From Kiritimatiellia bacterium (GTDB lineage: Bacteria > Verrucomicrobiota > Kiritimatiellia > CAIVKH01): a stretch of 64,000 nucleotides of DNA. The translations under genes were made by a program, and so were the position numbers. Below, piece by piece: positions 21,383 to 34,988 of this stretch (its first letter is position 1; every line of letters starts with the position of its first letter). Where the stretch lies: assembly GCA_023953695.1 (NCBI GenBank), contig JAMLJG010000015.1, positions 2,756 through 66,755 on the forward strand, written 5' to 3'. The notes beneath the pieces were generated by a model. It made no database searches. It was not told where the DNA came from and worked only from the letters and a program-made list of their open reading frames with translations.

Positions 21383-22887
21383 AGTTCGACCCCAACCCGC
21401 CCCCCAACGCCTCCTCCAAGATCGCGCGCAATACCGTCTGGAACCTCATCGGTATGTGCGCACCGATGGCAGTCGCGCTCTTCGCTATCCCACTCCTGAT
21501 CAGCGGCCTCGGCAAAGAGCGGTTCGCCCTGCTCTCCCTCGTCTGGATGCTCGTTGGCTACTTCGGCGTGTTCGACCTCGGCCTCGGACGCGCTCTGACA
21601 AAAATCATTGCAGAAAAAATCGGGAAGCACGGCCCGCGCGAAGTGGCAACTTCCTTCTGGACAGCCATGTCATTGATGCTGGGACTCGGCATTCTAGCCG
21701 GATTCATCGTCTATTTTGGCTCCCCCTGGCTCGCCATGCACGCACTCAAAATTGATCCGAGTCTGCAACCCGAAACGCTGCAATCGTTTCGAGCTGTCGC
21801 ATGGGGGCTGCCCGTTCTAATCACGGTGACGGGTCTCGTTGGATCGCTTGAAGCGTGCCATCGCTTCCCGCTGGTCAATTTGATCCGCATTCCCACTGGG
21901 GCATTCACCTTCATTGGCCCCTTGCTCGTGCTGCCATTCAGCAAGAGCCTCTACGCTGTCGTTCTCGTCCTTCTCGCGGGCCGTCTTATTGAATGGCTCC
22001 TCTTCTTCATCTCCTGCCTGCGCGTCATTCCTGCCGTTCGCGACGGATTCGCATTTCACGCCCGAGAAGTCCCCCACCTCTTGGGCTTCGGCGGCTGGAT
22101 GACCGTCTCCAACATCATCCAGCCCCTCATGGTTCATATAGACCGCTTTCTCATCGGATCCCTTCGCGCTGTTTCCGATGTAACATTTTATGTCACCCCC
22201 GCAGAGATAATCGTCAAAATCCTGATCCTCCCGCGCGCCTGGGTTTCTGTTCTTTTCCCCACATTCGCCGCCGATTTCCGCGACAAACCGGAAGCCACCG
22301 GCCACCTCTTCGCGCAAAGCGTGCGCCTCTTGATGATACTCCTGTTCCCCGTAGTCCTACTCTTGGTCACCTTTGCACCCGAAGGCCTCACCCTCTGGCT
22401 CGGTCCCGAGTTTGGAGTGCGTAGCGCACCCGTCATGCGCTGGCTCACCGCCGGCGTCTTTCTCTATTCGCTCTCCTTCGTCCCGACCTCATTGCTTCAA
22501 GGGATAGGACGACCCGACCTGACCGCAAAACTGCACGCCATCGAGCTTCCGCTCTACCTCGCCAGCGCATCGTTTCTCATTATTCGCTACGGCATTGTCG
22601 GCGCAGCAGCCGCCTGGGTGCTCCGGGCCACATTTGACTTGGCAGGAACCGCGTGGATGGCATCCCGCCGCGCACCCGGCAGCGGCGCATCACTTCGTCG
22701 CGTCTCCATTGCCGCAGCACTCACCCTCCTCATGCTCGCCGCCGCCAGCATTCCAACACACTTTCTTCTCAAGTGCGCAATCTCAGCTCTATTTCTGAGT
22801 ATTTTTGCCCTCTTTAGCTGGAAATGGCTCATCACCCCAGAAGACCGGCGAATCATTTTGAAACGACTTCCAAACAGCGCGCGCTGA
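21232..22887 (+). CDS. polysaccharide/O-antigen flippase (Wzx / MOP superfamily)
   Basis: About 12-14 predicted TM helices and the polysacc_synt-type N-terminal region (NTVWNLIGMCAPMAVALFAIPLL). The true start is uncertain: it could be the ATG at 21232, a GTG near 21281 (both overlap the GT4 3' end) or the ATG near 21454. Confidence 0.75.
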   Translation: MANSDERIDANAGTSHPVGSGGSSIGKKEIRHSGDRDSTPTALPLVADEVEFDPNPPPNASSKIARNTVWNLIGMCAPMAVALFAIPLLISGLGKERFALLSLVWMLVGYFGVFDLGLGRALTKIIAEKIGKHGPREVATSFWTAMSLMLGLGILAGFIVYFGSPWLAMHALKIDPSLQPETLQSFRAVAWGLPVLITVTGLVGSLEACHRFPLVNLIRIPTGAFTFIGPLLVLPFSKSLYAVVLVLLAGRLIEWLLFFISCLRVIPAVRDGFAFHAREVPHLLGFGGWMTVSNIIQPLMVHIDRFLIGSLRAVSDVTFYVTPAEIIVKILILPRAWVSVLFPTFAADFRDKPEATGHLFAQSVRLLMILLFPVVLLLVTFAPEGLTLWLGPEFGVRSAPVMRWLTAGVFLYSLSFVPTSLLQGIGRPDLTAKLHAIELPLYLASASFLIIRYGIVGAAAAWVLRATFDLAGTAWMASRRAPGSGASLRRVSIAAALTLLMLAAASIPTHFLLKCAISALFLSIFALFSWKWLITPEDRRIILKRLPNSAR

Positions 22888-22969
22888 CCGCGTAACCGCA
22901 CGCACCTGCAATCTGAAATTGCCGTCCTTGTACAGGACCCTGAAATCTTCTCGCGCGTCAGTGGCACTG

Positions 22970-23002
22970 AAAAACAGCGCCGACCCTCGCGGATCGGCGC
23001 TG
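22970..23002 (-). terminator. intrinsic terminator downstream of rpsA
   Basis: 9-bp GC stem CAGCGCCGA...TCGGCGCTG followed by a T-run on the minus strand, located in the convergent gap after rpsA. Confidence 0.6.
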
Positions 23003-23027
23003 CCTCTAACACGCTAGATGGAATGAA

Positions 23028-24785
23028 CTAGGTTCCCTCTTCGCCCTTCTTCTGGCCCGGATGCCACTCCTCCGCAGGAGAAACGCCGCCGAAAGCCTCG
23101 TCGAACGCCCCAGCGAGATCCACCAGATCTTCGCCCGGACGCAGCCCTTCCAGCATAGAGTCATCAACAACGAACTGATCATCAGGCAACTTCGCAGCCT
23201 TAATGCTCAGACCGATGCGGCGCTCAACCGAGTCAATCTTGATAACGCGCGCCTCGACCTCTTGGCCCGGCTGCAACGCATCTTTGACCTTCTGAACGCG
23301 CTCCTCGCTGATTTGGCTGATGTGAACCAAGCCGTCCACACCCTCATCAATCTCAACAAACGCGCCGAAGGAGGCCAGTTTCGAAACCTTGCCCTTGACC
23401 ATTTGACCGACCTTGAAGCGCTGCGTGATGCTGCTCCAGGGATCGTTCTGCGCCTGCTTGAGGCCGAGGCCAATCCGCTGATTCGCCGCATCCACCTCCA
23501 AGACAATCGCTTCAACCTCATCGCCCTTCTTCAGAACTTCAGACGGGTGATTGATCTTGCGCGTCCAAGACATGTCGGAGACGTGAATCATGCCGTCAAT
23601 ACCCGGCTCCAGCTCAACAAATGCACCGTAGGAGGTAAAGTTGCGCACCGATCCCTTGACTCGCGAACCAATCGCGTAGTGTTCCTGAGCCTTGCTCCAC
23701 GGGTTCGCTTCCGTCTGACGAATACCGAGCGAGATTTTCTGTTCATCCTGATTCACGTTCAGAACAACAGCGTCTACTTCCTGGCCCACAGCCAGAACAT
23801 CCGCCGCCTTGGCAACGCGCTTCGTCCAAGAAATCTCAGATACGTGCACCATGCCCTCAATGCCCTCTTCGATCTCAATGAAGGCGCCATACGGCACGAG
23901 ATTCACAACCTTGCCCTTCACGCGTGTACCCACCGGATACTTGCGCTCGATATCTTCCCATGGGTTGTGAGAAACCTGCTTCAACCCTAGCGAAATGCGA
24001 TCCTTCTCGCGATCCACGTCGAGAATCATCACATCGAGTTCCTGTCCCACCTTGACCACCTCAGACGGGTGATTGACGCGACCCCAGCTCATATCGGTGA
24101 TATGCAGGAGACCATCCATTCCGTTGAGGTCCACGAAAGCGCCGAAGTCGGTGATATTCTTGACCACGCCATGGCGCACCTGGCCGATTTGTATCTCTTC
24201 CATGAGCGACTTCTTCTGCTCACGGCGGCGCTCCTCAAGCAATTCGCGACGCGACAAAACAATGTTCCGTCGCTCGCGATTGATTTTGATGATCTTGAAA
24301 TCGAGCTGGCGATCATAATATTCCTCGGGGCTCCGGATCGGCACCACATCCAACTGCGAGCCCGGCAAAAAGGCATCCACGCCAACATCCACAATCAAGC
24401 CGCCCTTGACGCGACCTTTGACCGCGCCCGTAATCGTGCCGCCCTCAACATAATTGGCGAGCACCCGGTCCCAGTTGCGCTGCTGCTCCGCGCGGCGCTT
24501 GCTGACCATGACCATGCCTTGGTCATCTTCAAGCTTTTCGAGCAAAACTTCAATTTGATCGCCCGGCTTCACTTCGTCCGGCGATTTGAACTCAGAAATG
24601 GGCAGAATGCCTTCGGATTTGTAACCGATGTCCACAAGGACTTCCTTGGGACGCACATCGAGAACGCGCCCGGTTACAATGGCCCCTTCCGTAAAATCGC
24701 GAAGGGTTCGTTCATAAAGCGCCGCCATTCCGGATGACGCGCTGGTTGGTTGTTTAGTTGATTTAGCCACAATATATCTTTGCAC
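23028..24785 (-). CDS. rpsA: 30S ribosomal protein S1
   Basis: Six tandem S1 RNA-binding domains (repeated GxVxG...V.G..FGAFV motifs). About 560-585 aa. The exact start is uncertain: MQRY... or MAALYERT. Confidence 0.9.
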   Translation of the reverse strand: MQRYIVAKSTKQPTSASSGMAALYERTLRDFTEGAIVTGRVLDVRPKEVLVDIGYKSEGILPISEFKSPDEVKPGDQIEVLLEKLEDDQGMVMVSKRRAEQQRNWDRVLANYVEGGTITGAVKGRVKGGLIVDVGVDAFLPGSQLDVVPIRSPEEYYDRQLDFKIIKINRERRNIVLSRRELLEERRREQKKSLMEEIQIGQVRHGVVKNITDFGAFVDLNGMDGLLHITDMSWGRVNHPSEVVKVGQELDVMILDVDREKDRISLGLKQVSHNPWEDIERKYPVGTRVKGKVVNLVPYGAFIEIEEGIEGMVHVSEISWTKRVAKAADVLAVGQEVDAVVLNVNQDEQKISLGIRQTEANPWSKAQEHYAIGSRVKGSVRNFTSYGAFVELEPGIDGMIHVSDMSWTRKINHPSEVLKKGDEVEAIVLEVDAANQRIGLGLKQAQNDPWSSITQRFKVGQMVKGKVSKLASFGAFVEIDEGVDGLVHISQISEERVQKVKDALQPGQEVEARVIKIDSVERRIGLSIKAAKLPDDQFVVDDSMLEGLRPGEDLVDLAGAFDEAFGGVSPAEEWHPGQKKGEEGT

Positions 24786-24904
24786 TTTTGTATTTCTTCA
24801 TTTCGCTCCATCCACACGGACAGACACGCCGCCCCCGAATCACAACAGGTGATTCAAGAGGCGAAAGCGGGACACTGTATCAGGAGAACAATTCGATACA
24901 AGTG

Positions 24905-24944
24905 CTAAAAAGAAGAGGCCGCTGACCTTTCGATCAGCGGCCTC
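24905..24944 (-). terminator. rRNA operon intrinsic terminator (after 5S)
   Basis: Hairpin GAGGCCGCTGA-(8)-TCAGCGGCCTC followed on the minus strand by TTCTTTTT. Confidence 0.65.
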
Positions 24945-24950
24945 AAAATA

Positions 24951-25075
24951 AACCCGGCAACGTGCTACTCTCCCGTAGCCTACACTACAGTACCATCGCC
25001 GCTGAGGGTCTTAACGGCCGTGTTCGGAATGGGAACGGGTGTTTCCCCCTCGCTATGGTCACCGGGAAATCAGGA
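24951..25075 (-). rRNA. rrf: 5S ribosomal RNA
   Basis: The reverse complement reads a canonical 5S sequence (…CCCGTTCCCATTCCGAACACGG…GGGAGAGTAGCACGTTGCCGGG). Confidence 0.85.
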
Positions 25076-25142
25076 CTCTGCCAAGGGCAGAGAAAAAACA
25101 TTGCATAGGATGGTTCACATACATTCACAGAAAAAGAGAAAA

Positions 25143-28105
<2,963 letters not shown>

Positions 28106-28292
28106 AAAATTATTGGTCGCCATCCGCACCCTTGCGGGTACGAACGGTTACGATCTTCTTCGGTGAAGATTGTATGTTTCCCATCCTATGCAATTGTCAA
28201 AGATCAGCCCTCAGTACAGCGCTCATTTGCGCCTTCCATCGGGAAATCGTTTCGAAGTGATTGGCTCGCCTTTCGCTCGCGCTTCACGCCAT

Positions 28293-28368
28293 GGTGGGCG
28301 TGCCTGGATTCGAACCAGGGACCTCGTCCTTATCAGGGACGCGCTCTAACCAACTGAGCTACACGCCC
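28293..28368 (-). tRNA. tRNA-Ile (anticodon GAT)
   Basis: The reverse complement GGGCGTGTAGCTCAGTTGGTTAGAGCGCGTCCCTGATAAGGACGAGGTCCCTGGTTCGAATCCAGGCACGCCCACCA folds as a cloverleaf with anticodon loop CTGATAA. Confidence 0.9.
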
Positions 28369-28380
28369 GCCGCTAATTGG

Positions 28381-28453
28381 TGGAGGCAACCGGGTTCGAA
28401 CCGGTGACCTTCTGCTTGCAAAGCAGATGCTCTACCAGCTGAGCTATACCCCC
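28381..28453 (-). tRNA. tRNA-Ala (anticodon TGC)
   Basis: The reverse complement GGGGGTATAGCTCAGCTGGTAGAGCATCTGCTTTGCAAGCAGAAGGTCACCGGTTCGAACCCGGTTGCCTCCACCA has anticodon loop TTTGCAA and the G3:U70 Ala identity pair. Confidence 0.9.
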
Positions 28454-28679
28454 AGGACCGTGGTCTCGGGGACGCTGCCCTGGCTCCCGGCTCATCAATC
28501 ACTTCGCTGGAATACTTGCTATGTTAGCTTCGATGTAGAAATGGTGAGGCTTGTGATCGTTATACGCTGGTCTCACGTTGCCGCGAGACCGACATCCTGC
28601 CTATGGCAGGAGAATATCCTATCTTCTTGAATTCACACTTTACTTGCCCGAGGGCAAGCGCCTTGTGATTCCGAAGATG

Positions 28680-30248
<1,569 letters not shown>

Positions 30249-30530
30249 AAAGAGAGTTTGCGATTCGGCACCCTTTCGAATACCGTCTCGTTTTGATTCT
30301 GACAGGCTATTTTGCAATAGCCCCGATTTCTTAATAGTTCAAACTGACGTATAACCTCACACAAGCCACACCACTTCCAAATCGAAGCGGCATAGCAAGT
30401 ATTCCATTTTCAAAGATCAAATCACATGAGACTAAAAAACCCCAGCGTCCCCTCCTAAAACTCGAAGCGGACGTTTGAGCCCTTCTCGCTGTGCGCGTCA
30501 TTGGTCTTTCAACCTCAACGCAGGAAAGAA

Positions 30531-30580
30531 GCTATAGGATGGGCCCCGAAGTGTCAACGGATTTTGATAATTTTTTTCAC
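30531..30580 (-). promoter_or_regulatory. candidate rRNA operon promoter with upstream A/T-rich UP element
   Basis: Read on the minus strand: TTGACA, a 15-16 bp spacer, TATAGC, preceded by AAAAAAATTATCAAAAT. It lies about 280 nt upstream of the mature 16S 5' end, consistent with a leader. Confidence 0.5.
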
Positions 30581-30706
30581 AATCTTTTCGACAGGGCAGA
30601 TAGAACTGCGCAAACAGCTATAGAACAGCACGTTATGAGCATTCCCCTCCGGCGAAGAATCTAGGACTTGTGCGCCATTTTTTCATGTGGCAGGCTGATT
30701 CCCGAC

Positions 30707-31426
30707 ATGAATACTCGTAAACAGACTGAATTGATCGTTGCGCTCGACGTCAACTCCCAGGTAGAGATGATTCGCGCGATTGAATTGTTACCTGTTGATA
30801 TTCAATGGGTTAAGGTCGGACTCGAACTGTTTTGCGCCGAGGGTCCGTCCATTCTCTTGCCTCTGCGCGATAGGAATCTATCGGTTTTCCTCGATCTGAA
30901 GCTTCACGATATCCCAAAAACCGTCGAAAAGGCCGTGAAATCGGCCTCTAAACACGGTGTGCAGTTGCTCACCATCCATGCAAGTGGTAGTCGCGAGATG
31001 ATCCGCGCCGCTTGTGTGGCTGCCCGCGAATTTGGCCAAAATGGGCCGAAAATACTGGCGGTTACGGCGCTGACCAGTTTGCAGGATTCCGATTTGAAGG
31101 ACATCGGTGTGCAGCGTGGAATGTCGGAACAGGTCCGCGCTCTTGCGCAACTAGCGGTTGATGCGGGCGCCGACGGATTGGTCTGTTCTCCCCTAGAAAC
31201 GGCGCTTTTGCGCCGAGAATTGGGGGAAAAGCCCCTACTTGTCACGCCGGGAATTCGCTCTCAAAAAGATGAATTAGGCGACCAGAAGCGCACGCTGTCC
31301 GCGGTCGATGCTGTGCGCGCGGGCGCCACGCATCTGGTTGTGGGCCGCCCGATTCTTGCAGCAGCCGACCCTGCGCGGGCAGCCGCGGAATTGCTCTCAG
31401 AAATTCGTGCGGCGAGTGCGAGCTAG
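30707..31426 (+). CDS. pyrF: orotidine 5'-phosphate decarboxylase
   Basis: ELIVALDV..., the DLKLHDIP catalytic lysine motif and the C-terminal phosphate-binding loop LVVGRPI are all characteristic of the OMPdecase family. Confidence 0.85.
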   Translation: MNTRKQTELIVALDVNSQVEMIRAIELLPVDIQWVKVGLELFCAEGPSILLPLRDRNLSVFLDLKLHDIPKTVEKAVKSASKHGVQLLTIHASGSREMIRAACVAAREFGQNGPKILAVTALTSLQDSDLKDIGVQRGMSEQVRALAQLAVDAGADGLVCSPLETALLRRELGEKPLLVTPGIRSQKDELGDQKRTLSAVDAVRAGATHLVVGRPILAAADPARAAAELLSEIRAASAS

Positions 31427-31431
31427 ACCGC

Positions 31432-32127
31432 ATGAATACAGCGCAAAATTGCATTCGTCACATTGTCTGGGACTGGAACGGAACCTTGCTGGACGATACG
31501 GACATCTGCATTGAGATCATGAACGAACTGTTGGATGAGCGCGCGATGCCGCGAATCAATCGCGAGCGCTATCGCGAAGTGTTTGATTTTCCCGTTCAAG
31601 ATTACTACGCGCGATTGGGATTCAACTTCGCAAAGGATCCTTTCGATATTGTTGGAGCGGAGTTCATTCACCGCTATGAAGAGCGGCGCACAACCGCACC
31701 GCTCCATGCAGCCGCACGAGCGACGCTGCAGGCGTTGGAAATCAATGGATTTTCGCAATCGGTGCTCTCGGCCTATCGTCAAGACACGCTCGAATCGTTG
31801 CTCGCCCACTTCGGGATCCGATCCCATTTCGACGATGTGATTGGCAGCGACAATGTATATGCGCTTGGCAAAATTGAGCGCGGCAAGCAGTGGATTGAAA
31901 TGCGCAATATCACACCCAGTTCCGTGCTGTTGATTGGCGATACGCGACACGATTTTGAAGTCGCGGAGGCCATGCATTGCCCATGCCTTCTCATCGCCGC
32001 GGGCTATCATTCGCGCGAGCGTCTGGAGCCGCTGGGCGCGCCGATCGTGAATACGCTCAGCGAAGTGCCCGCATGGATTGCCCTGCGAAATCAGCCCACT
32101 TTAACGAATGCGGATGACGCACGATAG
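31432..32127 (+). CDS. HAD-superfamily hydrolase (phosphoglycolate phosphatase-like subfamily IA)
   Basis: Motif I VWDWNGTLLDD (DxN rather than DxD), a cap domain, and motifs III/IV (K...GDTRHD). Confidence 0.7.
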   Translation: MNTAQNCIRHIVWDWNGTLLDDTDICIEIMNELLDERAMPRINRERYREVFDFPVQDYYARLGFNFAKDPFDIVGAEFIHRYEERRTTAPLHAAARATLQALEINGFSQSVLSAYRQDTLESLLAHFGIRSHFDDVIGSDNVYALGKIERGKQWIEMRNITPSSVLLIGDTRHDFEVAEAMHCPCLLIAAGYHSRERLEPLGAPIVNTLSEVPAWIALRNQPTLTNADDAR

Positions 32128-34178
32128 AGCGCGCGCGCTTCTTCTCTCAGCAGCGCGTGTTCAGGAGCGCGCAAGCGCGGATCCACCTCAATGAGTCGAA
32201 AGGCTTCCTGACGCGCCTGCTCCAACAGCACTGTATCTCGCAGGGGATCGCCCACGCGCAATACCGCTCCGCCGCTCTGCTCGCGCCCGAGCAAATTGCC
32301 CATGCCGCGTATTCGGAAATCTTCTTCTGCGATTCGGAAACCGTCGTTTGTCTCTTCCATAATTTTGAGGCGCTTCCACGCATCGCGAGAGCGAGGATGC
32401 CCCTGCAGAACACAAAACGATTTATGTGCTCCGCGGCCGATTCGTCCACGCAGTTGATGGAGCTGCGCCAAGCCAAAATGCTCCGCATTCTCCACCAACA
32501 TCACAGTGGCGTTGGGCACATCCACCCCCACCTCAATCACGCTGGTGGCGATCAATACGTGGATATCGCCACGGCGAAATTTTTCCATGATGCGATCGCG
32601 TTCCTCTCCGCGCATCTGCCCGTGAACAAGACCGAGTTGTAGGCTGGCAAGAGGACCCGCGCGCAGCGTCTCCATCATGGCCGTGGCGGCTTTCAAGTCG
32701 AGCTGTTCCGATTCGGAAACGAGCGGATAGACGAGATAGGCTTGGCGGCCCTTCCCCACTTGCTTGCGGATAAAATCGTATGCGTCGGGCAGCAACTTTT
32801 CGCTGATCACGCGCGTGACAATAGGCTGTCTTCCCGCAGGCAATTCGCGAATGGTGCTCACATCCAAATCGCCATACCACGTCATGGCCAACGTGCGCGG
32901 AATCGGTGTCGCGGTCATGACGAGAATGTGTGGATGAAATCCCTTTTCGTAAAGCTGACCGCGCTGCTCAACGCCGAATTTGTGTTGCTCATCAATGATG
33001 ATGAGTCCCAGATCATGGAACGTCACATGCTCTTGAATCAGCGCGTGCGTGCCCACGATCAATTGAATCCGGCCATCCGCCAAAGCGGCGCGCGTCGCAA
33101 TTCGCTCCTCATTCGAAAGTCCACTGGTCAGCACATCCACCCGCACATCGAGCGGCTTCAGGAACGCGCGGAAAGTGCGCGCGTGTTGCTGCGCGAGGAT
33201 TTCGGTCGGCGCCATTACAGCGACTTGTTTTCCACATTCAATCGCGTCCACGGCGGCCGTTGCCGCAACCACGGTCTTGCCTGAGCCGACATCGCCCTGC
33301 AAGAGGCGATGCATCGGCCGTGTACGAGCCATATCCGCCTGAATTTCGGCGAGCGCTTCGCGCTGCGCATTCGTCAAGACGAAGGGGAGCGATAGAAAGA
33401 AGCGCTCACGCAATGCGCCGCCCGGTTGGAGCGCGCGACCATTCGATGCGTGGTCCGCTTGATGCTTCCGCGCAGCCAGGATGAGCTGCATGCACAAGAA
33501 CTCTTCAAAGACCAGGCGCTCGCGCGCGCGAACCGCTTGCGGTTCGGCCTCGGGGTAGTGCGCAAGATGCAGAGCCTGCTGTATCCCCATCAGCTTCCAT
33601 CTCGCGCGCGTATCTTCCGGGAGCGTCTCGGAGAGATGGGGCACAAATGTCTCAAGGGCTGCCGCCACCACGCGCCGCAGGGTGCGCTGTCCCAGATTTT
33701 CCGTCAGCGGATAGACGGGAACGATCCGGCCAACGTGCAGCGACTCATCCTCGCCCTCGCGCGCAACTTCCACTTCGGGATGATCGAAAATCAACTGGCC
33801 CTTGCGCACCGACACACGGCCAAAAAGCATAATGCGCGCCCCGGCAGGAAGCATGCTCTCCAGATAGCGCGCGTTGAACCAGCGGCAAAGAGCCATGCGG
33901 CTGGAGTCGCGCACGGTTGCCTCCAAATAGCCCTTCCCATACCGCGGCTGCGCCCAGCGCGTGTTGACGACCTCCACTTGCACCGCGCTCCATTCGCCGC
34001 CCACTAACTGGCGCAGAGGCCGCAAGAGGCGGCGATCCTCATAGCGGCGAGGCAACATGAGCAGCAGATCGCGAACCGTGTGGATATCCAGCCGCGCGAG
34101 CTGCGCGGCGCGCTGCTCGCCGACACCGCGCAAATATCGAATCGGCTTCGACCAGTCGCTTATCGGTTGTGGATCCAT
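32091..34178 (-). CDS. recG: ATP-dependent DNA helicase RecG
   Basis: N-terminal wedge/OB domain, then the DEAD/DEAH helicase core with Walker A GDVGSGKT, DEQH and helicase C motifs. 695 aa. Confidence 0.9.
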   Translation of the reverse strand: MDPQPISDWSKPIRYLRGVGEQRAAQLARLDIHTVRDLLLMLPRRYEDRRLLRPLRQLVGGEWSAVQVEVVNTRWAQPRYGKGYLEATVRDSSRMALCRWFNARYLESMLPAGARIMLFGRVSVRKGQLIFDHPEVEVAREGEDESLHVGRIVPVYPLTENLGQRTLRRVVAAALETFVPHLSETLPEDTRARWKLMGIQQALHLAHYPEAEPQAVRARERLVFEEFLCMQLILAARKHQADHASNGRALQPGGALRERFFLSLPFVLTNAQREALAEIQADMARTRPMHRLLQGDVGSGKTVVAATAAVDAIECGKQVAVMAPTEILAQQHARTFRAFLKPLDVRVDVLTSGLSNEERIATRAALADGRIQLIVGTHALIQEHVTFHDLGLIIIDEQHKFGVEQRGQLYEKGFHPHILVMTATPIPRTLAMTWYGDLDVSTIRELPAGRQPIVTRVISEKLLPDAYDFIRKQVGKGRQAYLVYPLVSESEQLDLKAATAMMETLRAGPLASLQLGLVHGQMRGEERDRIMEKFRRGDIHVLIATSVIEVGVDVPNATVMLVENAEHFGLAQLHQLRGRIGRGAHKSFCVLQGHPRSRDAWKRLKIMEETNDGFRIAEEDFRIRGMGNLLGREQSGGAVLRVGDPLRDTVLLEQARQEAFRLIEVDPRLRAPEHALLREEARALYRASSAFVKVG

Positions 34179-34253
34179 GAAGAAAAGACCTGCTGCTAGT
34201 GCGGACTATCCTGTATCATTCCCTCTCGCGAGGGCCAATCGCGAAGTCGGCGC

Positions 34254-34958
34254 ATGAACCCACATATTTACAGCGAGCATCACTTGGCGCACCGGCGATT
34301 CCGGGAATACTACCGGAGAACACTCGCCATGGGAGCCGTCGCGCTCGGGCTGGCCATCTGGATGGGCAGCGCGCAGATGCCGATGCCGGGTCCCGGCTTG
34401 TTTGCCAACGCGGGATTCAGCGCTGCGGGGATATTCCTTCTTTGGGCTCTGCGCAACCTACACACCACGCCACCCCGTTCGCGCTGGGGACAACGAGTGA
34501 GAGCACGGAGTGAAAATCAATTTCCCGCGATCGTGATTTGCCTGCAGGGTTGGTTCATCCTCCTGATTGCGCTGCTGATCTGGTTCACCGTGGCCGAGCT
34601 GGGTTTTGCGGCGAATGGCTTTCAACACACGCTGCTGATCGGCATCCTCCTGCTCGCCCCCGTGCGACGCATCCTCGACGGCACCGAACCGCCCCGACCT
34701 TCGCCGCGCCGCGACTTGATCCGGGAGACGCTTGCCTACCTCAACGTCTGTCTCATCACACTTTTCATCGCAGCCGTTCTCACAACGGCGATGCTGCCGC
34801 CCGATGCGCCCGCCACGAGCGAATTGCCCTTCGCTGTCATGTTCATCTGGGTGGTGGTCACGCTCATTCTGCTGACCTGCGCAATTCTCTTGTTGGATCA
34901 CATTGTGCGCAAAATGCCGCCAACCGTCCGCAGCGAGGAGCAGGATACGCTCAACTAA
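34254..34958 (+). CDS. hypothetical integral membrane protein
   Basis: Five to six predicted TM helices and no recognisable family. GC-rich codon usage is consistent with a native gene. Confidence 0.4.
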   Translation: MNPHIYSEHHLAHRRFREYYRRTLAMGAVALGLAIWMGSAQMPMPGPGLFANAGFSAAGIFLLWALRNLHTTPPRSRWGQRVRARSENQFPAIVICLQGWFILLIALLIWFTVAELGFAANGFQHTLLIGILLLAPVRRILDGTEPPRPSPRRDLIRETLAYLNVCLITLFIAAVLTTAMLPPDAPATSELPFAVMFIWVVVTLILLTCAILLLDHIVRKMPPTVRSEEQDTLN

Positions 34959-34988
34959 CCGTGGGCCCCACAGCGCAGCCCTCGAGCC

